A stretch of DNA of 64,000 nt from Lama guanicoe. Lineage: Eukaryota. Below the pieces are notes generated by a model. That model saw only the letters and a list, made by a program, of their open reading frames with translations, was not told where the DNA came from and ran no database searches. The stretch is from the NCBI GenBank assembly GCA_013239625.1, contig MU054120.1, forward strand, positions 186,001 through 250,000, given 5' to 3'. Of the stretch, positions 14,085 to 25,180 are shown one piece after another; position 1 is the first letter of the stretch, and every line of letters begins with the position of its first letter. The position numbers and the translations under genes are program-made.

Positions 14085-14469
14085 GTGAAAATAAATAAAG
14101 GAAATCTCATTTAAAGTGGAGCTGAGAAGCCCTGAAGGGGCAACTCACACACGTACCACTGACTGCAACCTGTATAACCAGCAAGAAGAGAAAAGGCAAG
14201 ACGTATTTTGACAAGGAAGGACATTAATCACATGAGAATTTTATCTCCCATTTTTAAGGAAAAGAAGAAAGATCCCTCTCTACCGCAGCAATAACGCTCT
14301 AACCATCACTTGCAGCCAATCAGAAACTGCCACAACCTCAAACTCTTTTTCTTCAATGCACTTTTATTCAAAATAACCTCCCCCAATTTCTTCATAAAAT
14401 GTAATGAAAGCAAGCCCCTCGCCTTTGTTCTTTGGACTTGCCTGTGATTCACCATAGCTTGCCTGAACC
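14085..14469 (+). mobile_element. ERV1-like LTR, 3'-truncated
   Basis: Begins TGTGAAAATAAATAA; contains a CCAAT box (cagccaatcagaaac) and LTR-like U3/R composition; cut off by an L1. Confidence 0.55.
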
Positions 14470-14695
14470 GGGAGACTGGGAGTACGAGATTTGTAGACAC
14501 TGACAGGTAGATATAGAATAGATAAAGAAATTACACTGTATAGCACAGGGAAATATATTCAAGATCTTGTAGTAGCTCACGGTGAAAAAGAATATGAAAA
14601 TGAATGTATGTATATTCATGTATGACTGAAAAATTGTGCTGTACACCAGAAATTGACACAACATTGTAAACAGACTATAACTCAATAAAAAAAAA
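14470..14695 (+). mobile_element. Young camelid-type L1 3' end
   Basis: gggagtacgagatttgtagac...ctgtatagcacagggaaatatattcaagatcttgtagtagctcac...gaaattgacacaacattgtaaacagactataactcaataaaaaaaaa. Confidence 0.9.
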
Positions 14696-15323
14696 TTTGT
14701 ACATGAATATTGATAGAATCATTACTCATAATACCAAAAAGTGGAAACAACCCAAATACGAATCAAGTGATGAATAGGTGAAAAAAAAATGGGGAAATGA
14801 AGAAATGTTGATCATGGTACAGACTCTCAGTTACAAAGGTGAATGAACTCAGGCGATCTAATGTAGAGTATGGTGATTTTAGTTAAAAGTGCCAAATTGT
14901 ACACTTGCAAGTTGCTGTTAGGGTGGATCTTAAATGTTCTCACCATAACAACAACAACAAATGGTAATTATGTGAGGTGAAGGATGTGTTAACTAAACTT
15001 ATTGTGATAGTAATTTCATAATATGTATATATCAAATCATTCAGTTGTATACCTTAATCTTATATAATGTTACATGTAACTTATAGCTCTATAAAACTGG
15101 AAAAGAAAATCCTAAGGGAAAAAAAAAAAGGATTGGGGACTAACTGCTAATGGCAGTTTTGGGGGTGATAAATGTAATAGAAAATCTAAGTTTAATTTTG
15201 GTAATGGTTGATCAGCTCTGTGAATATACAAAAAAAATAGTAACAGCATTGAACTGTATATTTTTAATGGTTGAATTACATGTATGTGAACTATGTCCCA
15301 ATAAAGCTGTTTAAAAAAAAAAA
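14696..15323 (+). mobile_element. Nested old L1 pieces: L1MB-like ORF2 end/3' UTR interrupted by an L1MA9-like 3' UTR (~14790-15110)
   Basis: ccaaaaagtggaaacaacccaaat; gatcttaaatgttctcacca...ggtaattatgtgaggtga; ggggactaactgctaatgg...aataaagctgtttaaaaaa. Confidence 0.75.
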
Positions 15324-15714
15324 CTCAAGCATTGGGGCATACATAACAAATAGAACAGTTACATTTCCTCAAATGCTCACAGATCAGTTACGTTCTCTGC
15401 CCTCTGGGAAGGTACATGGGAAGTTAAATTGTAATCAGAAGGCTGCCTGATAGATACAGATTTAGAAGAAAAAATTTGGTATTCTCAGCAAGCCTCTGGC
15501 ACTCACTTGTGATTAAGGAAATAGACCTGCCTGCCAAAGGGTCCTAGTAGGATCTGGGCCCCTTCGCCCAGCCATACTTTCCCGGATGCCCAGAACGAAG
15601 CATAATTCTTCTCTCTCACTTCTCTGTCTTTTGTACTGTGTACAGCTGGTTCCACAGAAGGAGTTTTATTTAATGCAGCTTGCTAATACATAGGGTAGAC
15701 CAGAGTTCCACACA

Positions 15715-16454
15715 CAGTTGACCCTTGAACAACACAGGTTTGAACTGCACGAGTCTACTTAGACTGTTTGTTTGTTTTTTCCAATAGCAAATACTGCAGT
15801 ACTGCATGGTCCACGGTTGAATTCATGGATGTGGAACCTCGGATAGGGAGTTTATTTTTGGTTTTGTTTTTCTTTTTCATAACAGGTGGGCAAGAGCATT
15901 CCTGAGGATAATACAACAGATGCGAAAACAAGGAAATGTGAAGAGACAGGTAAGGTGGATTTGATTTGGCAGGAGATAAGGAATGAGGCGGGGAGGACCC
16001 TGGCCCTAAATGGCCATGCTGGGAGCCTTCTAAGTTTATCAGAGGGCAATGGTGAGCCATTGACAATTCTAGACAAGAGAAGTGATGGTGTCACTCTTGC
16101 CTTCTTGGTGCAGGGTTTAGGAAGGGTGAGCCCCGAAGTGAACACCAGATGAGGGGAATGCGGAGGCTGAATCCAAAATTTTGATAAGACTTGGGAAAAG
16201 AGTATGAAGCCACCTCCCCAGGAGTCTTTCAGCCAGTCCTCTAAACTGCGCCTGCCCTGTCCCACCATCCGAGTTTGCTGGGGCTTGTCACGGGCTCCCC
16301 AGGACACGGTGCTGCTTGCTCAACTTGCTCAGTGCTTTATTGAACCGAGATCCTGCCAAATGACTGTCTACAGAAGATCAGTATAAATTATACTCAGATT
16401 TTTCACTTTGAAGAGGATCGGTGCCCCAACCTCTTCATTGTTCAAGGGCAACTG
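15715..16454 (+). mobile_element. Tigger2a-like non-autonomous DNA transposon split by an insertion (15851-~16370)
   Basis: Terminal inverted repeats cagttgacccttgaacaa (from 15715) and ttgttcaaggg-caactg (to 16454), followed by TA. Tigger2 subterminal sequence lies on both sides. Confidence 0.85.
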
Positions 16455-16655
16455 TATCCCCCAAAAGCCAGACTTAACCTGAGGCTCTTCCCTACTTCAT
16501 TGATTAGAAGCAGCTTCTAAGTCACCCACTTGTCAGGATGCTACATGGTCCTGGACTTTGAAGGGAGAATCAACTTTTCCTCGTTGACTCAAGCCCAGTG
16601 CCCTGTTTGATACGGAGCATTTTCTCTCAAAAGATCATTTTGAAGATCATTTAGA

Positions 16656-17124
16656 TGTACAGCCAAGAAATGGTACCCGTTTAGTTCCTTTGAGATGGCC
16701 TTGATACCTTCTTACTTTCCCAAGCACCTTCAGGCCAACCTTGCTTTGGAATTGGTCATCGAGAGGACCTGTCCACCAATAGACCCAGAGCTGGACCCGG
16801 GGCGATCAGAGGCTCCTCCCTCCCTCCCATGTCTTTGGAATATATGTTCCATCCACCATGCTCACAAAGGGAGCTGCTCCAAGGACACGACCTTCAGAGA
16901 TTAAGGTGTTGCGGATAAACTTCTGTATAAACTTTTAAGGTCCTGGTGAGGGGTGCAGAGATTTACTCGTCTCGTGTCTGGCTGCCCACGACAAGCCTGG
17001 TACATAAACCTTCCCCTGCCGATCCGGAGTGGTCTGCCTCTTTATTTCGTTTCTCCCTGCCCTCCAGGGCACAGGGGGCAGTTTCAGATGTCACCCTGGA
17101 AGCTCCGGAGCTTTCCAACCAACA
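16656..17124 (+). mobile_element. MER74-like ERVL solo LTR
   Basis: TG...CA ends (tgtacagcc...ccaaca); gatttactcgtct...gctgcccacgacaagcct...ggagtggtctgcctcttt. Confidence 0.65.
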
Positions 17125-19733
17125 CTTGAGCTTCACCTTCACCTCCTTTGCATCCCGGCCTCATCCAGCTCACTCAGAGGTGTTTTGTGCCATTCACAAT
17201 CATTAGCAGGACTGAACCAATCCCTCTGCATTGGCACACTTCCTACACGTGACAGATTACAGTAGAAACAAAAGGTTTGCTTCTCTTGAGCCATTTGTGA
17301 AATTTCAAACTCAAATGAGGATTATTCCTGAACTGTTCTGTTGTTTCCAAAAATGGGCCTGGTTAGTGCAATCAAGAGAACAAGGAAATTCTGGCTTCTG
17401 CACAAGGTATGCTGGTGACATGAAAATGGACGGATTAGGAACAACTAGGCTGGAAAAGCCTGCAGTGAGTTACAAAACAGTCTGCATTTGCCTTCTAAGA
17501 GTTGGTAAATGCATTGTGGGGTTTTAAATAAATTATATGCAGCTACAGTCAATAATCCTGGGAAAGCTTAATTGACACAAGAAGATACATTCTCCTCTGT
17601 GGAAACCACAGGTTTTGTTTTTTTCTCCTCCAGGTACTTGTCTGCAGGAGATGATGATAACTGTTCTCCGTAATTCTCTATAACAGCTTTCTGATTTTGC
17701 AAACTATACTTATAAAACACAGCTCCTGAAAATGTGCTAGGCGGTTGCTTGCCTCCATTATCTCATTCTTATTCTTATCCTTTAATAAAAAAAAATTATT
17801 GTAAAGACTAGTTACTTCTCAGGTTTTTAATAGAAGTGTTCCTTTCAAAGGCTGCAGGATAAAGTGGTAACTGAATGGGGTACAAGTTTCAAGGCAGGCG
17901 AGAATGGGGAGTTGTAACAGAGATACCCTGTAGGGCAGAAACCAGGGGTTGCAACACCAGAACAAGACCAGAGATCTGAGTCTCTGAAATCTCTTGAATT
18001 TTAAAAAATGTGCCTGTTGGGAAATTCAACACTAATTGAATGACCAGGCTACCTAGCAGAGGGGCAAATGGATCATGTACACCATTAGTCCTAGGTCCAG
18101 ACTAAGTTCAAGATCAGGGAAGACTGTAAAAGCAGATGGAGAATGTCAGATAACAAGGTTCTAATACGTGGGGAAACCCTAAGGGTCAGAGCAATCGGCG
18201 TGACGGTAGTGAAGGTTCAAAGTCTCAGAGACCAGTGCACGGAGCCCTAAAACTCGGGACAGAAATAAAGCTCCAGGGCTGTATTTGGAATTCAGCTTTG
18301 ATTTCTTATTTTCCCTTCCTTTCTCTAGCTGACAAGTCGCCAAGTTCTATCAGTCAGAACTTAAAACACCCTTGTGTTCATCACTTCCCGCATCACTCCT
18401 CCCAGTTACTTTGAAAGCCTGCCTACAGGTTTCCCTGTCTCCTGCTTCACCTTCTAACCTGTTCTCCTCGCTGCAGTAAAAGCGAGCTTTCTACATGAGG
18501 GGTCTTTTCTGTCACCTTCCTTCCCTAGTCTGACTTTTCCTAGGTGTTGCCATTTTTTTATCCTCAAATCCAGTAACATGTTAAGTACTGTGTGGTATCT
18601 AATGCTTTATTGTTCTGCCTTGCCCACTCTTCCGTGTGGTCAGAGTGGTTTTTATTTATCACTTGCCATATCCAGTGCAGGAGTGCTAAGGAGGCTGCAA
18701 CTTGCACCCCAGCTCCCAGGCAGTAGCTGGCCATTTAAGACAGTGTGCTGAGATGATTATACTAGCAAAAGTGGCACGGTGGATTAAGGACATCTGTCTT
18801 GGGCACCGGTTGTAGGAATAGCAGCATCCGTACCATGTTTTTGCTCTTTCTAGTCTAGTACACGATGCGTTCTCACAGTTCTTTTTTTTTTGTTTGGTGA
18901 ATGATTTAATGGACAAATGTAGGCATTAAGAAAGGGGAACTGTAAAATTAGATGAGATTAAAAGCAAACCTGAGTTAATGTTGGCCCAGGAGCATTAAGC
19001 TTCTTCATGTCTGTGGACAGGATTGGCATTGGAACCTAGAGAAGGCTGAATCAATGTATTTTGATTATGTAGCTCTGGATCTTAAAGATAGAGGACAAAG
19101 AATCTTTTCCTAATGTGCTGACTCCAGATAAAAAAGAAAGAATTCTCATAGCTAGCCAGTGCCATACACTAAAACAGGACTTTTGGATGGAATGAAAAAG
19201 CTTCTTGAGCATGTATTGAAGAGACAGATTTTTTTACAATAATCATGAGTGTCTCCCTAAAGCAAAACTGTTGGAATCGTGGGAGTGGCTAAGCGAGGAC
19301 TGAGGATGACTGCGATACCCTTGATCGGCTCAATGCAATGTTAAGACAAGTTTCAATAATCTTAATATAGAAATTAAGTTTACAGAACTAGTAATATCAA
19401 AGATCATGGTTTAAAATCAGAATTCAAAGGAACTTTGTTCTATCTTCTTCCTTAGAGAAGATACCACCTTGTAAGTGGGAGTGCTTCATAAGAAAGCAGT
19501 TTGGATCCCTCAGTAACTAAATACCCTTTTGATAAGATGCCAGCTTGCCTCAACTTTCTCTTCACAGACACGGTATTTTTTTTTTTTTTGAAGATGTTTG
19601 GTTCTTCCCAAGAAGGTTTAATGTTAACGTTCCAGCATTAGGTTGCATCTTTCAACATTCTGTGATCTATCTGGAAAGTGTAGAGCTTACAGCAATGGCT
19701 GTGATGAGTAAAATATTCAAAGGAGAGATGGAT

Positions 19734-19760
19734 ACACACACACACACACACACATACACA
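19734..19760. repeat. (CA)n microsatellite
   Basis: About 13 AC units with one interruption. Confidence 0.95.
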
Positions 19761-21186
19761 ATATTTATTTGTTTGGCAAGATGCTGTAGATTTGCCCCTC
19801 TTATTTTAAGTTTCTGTTTTCATGGAAACAGTGTTCAGCTAGATAATCCAAAACTGTAATGTGTTATGGAAACAATAATTAAGTGCTGTTTGTCTACATG
19901 TACACTCAAGAGCTTGATAACGCACATGCCTGCTACAGCTGATGTGGAGCTGTCAAAATAGCCTTTCATTCATTACGCCACTTCAGTGTATGTTGCCAGA
20001 TGAGAAGAATAAATAGTTGAGAAAAGAATCCAGATGACTGTACCATCCATAATCAAAAGACTGGAGAGGCATGGAAACTTGGATCGAGCCAATTTAATTC
20101 AAGAAGCACCTACTATGTTTGGCATAAGGTTACATAGATAAATAAGCTTCTTATTTTGTCCCTAGTTAGCTACAGGATTTAGAAAAATTTACTTTACATT
20201 TCTGAGCTTTTTTCTGCTTATTTGAAAAAGTATGGTGTTGGGACAGGATGACTAACTTCTAATGACTTTTTGTTCTTAAATTCTTAGAATCTCATGAGTC
20301 ACGTGGCTGACTAATATACACCCGTATGAATATTACTCATCAGTATTTTAGATTAGTTGTTACTGAGTCACAGAGTTTTCCAAAATTCTCAGGTTTTGTA
20401 AAAAAAAAAAAAATAACAAAGCATAATGCACATGAGGTCAATTAAAATGCATGCTAGAGAATGGTTTTGTACATTTATTGCTCATCCTCAAAGATAAAAA
20501 ATTAAGGCACAGGCAGATATATTACAGAAAGACCAGATAAGTACAAATTTAAAATAAAACATTTGGGTTGCCTGATCATTTTTGCGTATGCAGTGGAGCA
20601 GACATTTGTCTTTTCTGTGGGGGAGGACTGCTCCTAGACTCTTAACCCTCTTCCTCTGTTTGAGGTCGGAGGACGGCAGAGATCACTTCAAACAATAGGA
20701 TTTAAAATTGCCTGACACTTGCTGTGCCAGGTCCCCTGAAGCTGCCCAGAGTTCTTGGAGAATAGTTTTGGAGGCCAGGAGTGGCAACTTCAGAGGCAGT
20801 GCACACACTCCCAAGGATTCAGGGCATGGATCCTGCAGCGGTGGCCTCTGGGCAGCTCAGGTCGTGGCCAGGTCCCTCCCCGTGGGGGGCAGGGCCCAGT
20901 GTTCACAGAAGGTCCTCACAGAGCTGGTTTCCTGGTGTCTGACTGTGGGTGTTGCTCTGTCTGCGATTCTATTGATGATTTTCCATGTCTTCAGCCCTCC
21001 CAGAGAGACTGTAAATTACTCAATATTCTTTGCATATTTTCTTTCTGCTTTAATGGATTGGAACCAGCTTATGTTGTATGCCATTAACATGTCACAGTAT
21101 ACAGTTACCAACATTCGTGCAACAATTTCAACCTTAATTTTGTAGTTCTTTAGAGAATTTACAGGTGTTAAACATGAACTGACAAA

Positions 21187-21265
21187 CTGAAAAATTGTGC
21201 TCTACACTGGAATTTGATACAACATTGTAAAATGATTATAAATCAATAAAAAAATGTTAAAAAAA
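21187..21265 (+). mobile_element. 79-bp extreme 3' end of a young camelid L1 with a perfect 13-bp TSD
   Basis: ctgaaaaattgtgctctacactggaatttgatacaacattgtaaaatgattataaatcaataaaaaaatgttaaaaaaa, flanked by atgaactgacaaa at 21174-21186 and 21266-21278. Confidence 0.9.
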
Positions 21266-22054
21266 ATGAACTGACAAAACAGAATGGTCATGGAAGATAT
21301 CTATTGTAAAACAGGTGTCTATACAATAGTGTGCTTAGAATGCTGAATTGTCCACTGTATTCTTAATTTTTCTAAAATTCAAAAAGGGACAAAAATCCAA
21401 ATGCCTCAAAAGATTGTTTTTAGAATGAAATTTTAAAATAAACAAATATTAGGCAGAGTGCTTGGTGCAAGTAAATAAATATATTCTAATCCATATTACA
21501 GTAGAAAAAGTATACTTTGGAGAATTAATTTGAAATTTAAATTTTGCTTCTGCTTCATTCTTATAACATAGACATTTTTGTTAGTCTCAGTTAATTCAAT
21601 ATTTAAATTTTTAAAAATTGTAAGTACCTCATCGAGTTCTTTCATAGCCTTGTATGTGGGAAATAACCCAGGCAAATGGTTAAAAGTTAATTTTCGAAGC
21701 TACCTACTTATGCAGTATTTTTGGAACGTTGCATTTAGTCTTTACAGAACTCGATTTTATGAAAGACTCCAGCTCATGTAGTTTAAACGAATGCCTGGAG
21801 CCTCACAGGAGAACCTGTAGTCAAACCCAAGTCCACAAACCTTTGCTACTTCCGCGTCCTAATTCATGTGTGAGATGCATGGCAAGCACTGAATATATTT
21901 TACTTCCTATCTTATTTTCCCCTTAACTGAAACAAATGTAATATTTACTTGAAAAACAAAAGGGAAAAAAAAAGCTGAGTGATAAGTGAAGACAAAATGG
22001 AGATAACTGGTCTCTTTTGTTTTCTCTGTCCAATGATTAGAACACCCAAAGTTA

Positions 22055-22220
22055 TTAGAGACAGTGTCATAAAGACATTTACACTCACTCCAGAAGGACT
22101 TTGGTTCAAATCCCCTTTCCTTCACTTCTAGCCCTGTGAGGCCTCTGGCTTCCATCTACTAATCTGTATAATGGGCTACTACTGGAGTTTTTATAAAGAA
22201 TGAAGGAAATAAATATCTAC
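22055..22220 (+). mobile_element. MIR SINE fragment
   Basis: ggttcaaatcccctttccttcacttctagccctgtga...atctgtataatggg. Confidence 0.6.
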
Positions 22221-22839
22221 TGTACCTTGATTAAAAATAGAGCTGTTAATTTCCTTTCAACAGAGGGATAGACTGCGCAGTTGGAACCTCCACCCAACTG
22301 AAACAGTATCTAATTGAGCCAGACCTGGGGCATCAGCAGAAACTGTGAACATGACAATAGTAAACAAGCCCTCAGGCTAGGTTTCTGCAGCTATCATGAA
22401 ACTGGATCAAAACTCTGCGTGTTGTTTGGTTTTCTATGGTTTGTCAATGCAGCAAAAATGTAAAACCAAGACTAGACAGACTGGCTTGGTTACCAACATG
22501 GCATTCAGACAGCAGTTGGCAGGATAAATCCTCCTGATTCATGTCTTAGTTTCAGTTATCCAAGGATACATTTACATGTATTTGCACAAAATGACTAATT
22601 TTTCTGCCATTTCAGTTTTTTCATAAAGTATGTATTCAATTTGTCCATTTTTACTCATTTCAGAGCCAAGAAGAAAAAAGCTCATTCTATAATTGTAGTC
22701 TGCTCATTCTGACATACGGGTTTCGTTGTTTTCTTTAGGCAAGGTTTAAAAATATGCTCTGCATAAGTAAATTAATTTAAAAGGAATTAATTTAAAATAT
22801 TTGATTTCTTTTTTATTATTCACTTAACCAGTTAAATGA

Positions 22840-23650
22840 TAAATCTCAGATTCATCCTTGACTTATCATTCCCCAGATCCAAACAAGTATTGAGTTCTGC
22901 TGATTTCACGTACTAAATACCTTTCAAGTGTTTTCCCTTCTGGTTTGGCTACATAGCCGGACTTCAAGCTCTTACTGTCTCTCAAAACTACAGCTTTCTA
23001 CGCACTCCCCTGCATTCAATCTTGGGTTTCCCAGATCCAGTCTCCACACCATTTATGGCATGCTCTATCTAAATGCAAATCTAGCCAAGCCATTCCCAGG
23101 TGTAAAACCTACAACTAGCTCTATGTGGCCCTGAGCCTAAAACTAAATCTCCTTAACAGGACAAAACACAGAAAGCAAGACACCATAATTTAACCCTTTC
23201 CTGCCTCTTCAACCTCACCTCATGCCACTCTGCCTCATGTTTATACTCAAGCAACAAAAAACCACTTGCAGTTCTGCAGACCTGCTAAGCTAGTCCTCAC
23301 TTCCCTGTCTTTGTGCATGCAGCAGCCTTCCACTTAGAGCTTCGGTCTTGCAAACCCTTGTCATCCTGTAAGGCTTCACGTGGGCATTATCTCCTCCAAG
23401 AAGTATTCCTGACTTCTCTCTTACCACCAGGACAGTTAGGTGTTTCCACAGTGTCTTGTGCCTGTCTTTGTCACTACCATCTCCTCAATAAAAAGCAGAA
23501 CAACCAATTTGTAAGTCTGCTCCCCCACACCAGTCTCAGAGCTTCTTCAGAGCAGAGGATGTATGTTCATCTCTGCTGACTGAAGCACCTAGCACAATGC
23601 TTGGCCTGATGCCTCGGAGATGTTCAAAATATGTTTGATTAAATGAATAG
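22840..23650 (+). mobile_element. L2 LINE 3' region including the 3' terminus
   Basis: tcatccttgact..., ctcctccaagaagtattcctgac, gcacctagcacaatgcttggc...aatatgtttgattaaatgaat. Confidence 0.8.
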
Positions 23651-24944
23651 ACTCATGACATAATCTGCCAGAAAATTTGTTTTCCAGTCAGTTATAAATG
23701 CCTTCCTGAAATTTCTCATATTCATTAGCTGATTCATATTTTGCTTCAAGTCCTATATGAAACCATCGCAGGCACAGAAGACTTAACAGAGCTATACATA
23801 AATGCAGAGGGCCTCCTTGAGAGCTTGCCTTGCAATGAACATTCCTAGAGGCGATCTGGATGAAATTTTTACAGTGAGTTCTTTTAACTTTGGAGAACTT
23901 TTACAACTGACTAATTTAAGTCAAGTTTAAATATGTCCCCTCCAAATTCTCTGGCGAGGTCAATGTGATCTTGCTAACAGCAAAAAAACAAGACACTCAA
24001 CTGTGTTGTCTCAGACGTTAGGTCTCTTTTCTCAAACAGAATGAGCTCATAGTAATGAGTAAGAGACTGATAAGGGTTTATTTCAAGGAAAGACAGGGAA
24101 TAAAATTCAAGAGACTATTCAAAAAGCACAGACTTCACCCCAAAGACATAATGGTCTGTTCTCATATAAATAGATTCATCACACTGAAGAAAAGAATAAC
24201 CTTTTTTTCTTTTCTGAACTCAAGTCTCTCCAGCAATGGCTGAACGCTTCTTCATCAGTCGACTAATGATGAAAGCTCACTTTTTACTAACAATGTGCAG
24301 AGGCCACAGGCAGACCTCTGCGTATGCAAGGACTGTGTTCAGCATTATGTGCTAAAGGAAATTAAAAAATCAAAGCAAATTTGTGAAGCAGCAAGAGCTT
24401 TCAAAGAGTAGCATTATCTGTAGCAGTTCTGGGAGTAATTCCTCTTTGTGTGTGTCCATCTATTCCACAAATAATTACTGAGGGAAGTGTCTGTGAAAAG
24501 CACTTGGGGTGGGGCAGGGGAACAAGGAGGATGGACAATAATACAGCAGTGGAGCAGTGCATAGACCCCAGTGATGGCTGGAAGTGCTTCTACCTGGATT
24601 AGCTCAGTAAAGATCTCCACAACCCTAAGAGGCAGGCAAATTACTTATGTGGAAACGAAGATGCAGATAACTGGCTCCATTTTCACGCAGCTTGTGCTTT
24701 GACTGCAGTGTCTGGGCTGTGGGTTAAAAGCAGAGAGAGAAAGAGACATCATCCCACGAGTGTCATCCATGAGAATAAAAATATTACAAGGATGATCTAA
24801 TGAACGATATTCACGCTCGCCTTAGTCATCACATTATTCCTAGCATGGAGAAAAGTGCCTGGTACACAGGACACCCTCAGTAATGATTTCTTGTTTGAAT
24901 TAGTTGAACAAAGACATTGTTTAAAAAAAAAACTCAACTGCTAC

Positions 24945-25180
24945 TTTGGTGTGGTGGTTATAAGCAGGAATTTTGGTGCTACACTAGCTGGCTTCAAATC
25001 CTAGCTCTGCCACCTTCTAGTTGCATGGATTCGGGGACACTTACTTTTTCTGTGCTTCACTGTCCTCATCTGTAAGAAGGGAATAGTAATAGTAACTATT
25101 CAGTGGAGCGGCATGAGGATGAGATGAGCGAATAAGGCAAAATGCTTACGAGTGTAGTGCTTTTGCAGTGTTAGCTATAA
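24945..25180 (+). mobile_element. MIR SINE
   Basis: ggcttcaaatcctagctctgccacct...tctgtgcttcactgtcctcatctgtaagaagggaatagtaatagta. Confidence 0.85.

Noticed and set aside
15852..16307. 151-aa ORF inside the Tigger2-splitting insert
   Set aside because: It runs through L2-like DNA and the A-rich tail, with no recognisable protein similarity.
18052..18068. CTCF-like motif (also at ~40075 and ~56320)
   Set aside because: Core mismatches; cannot be supported without PWM scoring or ChIP data.
20708..21145. 145-aa ORF with hydrophobic, membrane-like segments
   Set aside because: Non-ATG start, no recognisable family and no supporting exon structure; consistent with chance.
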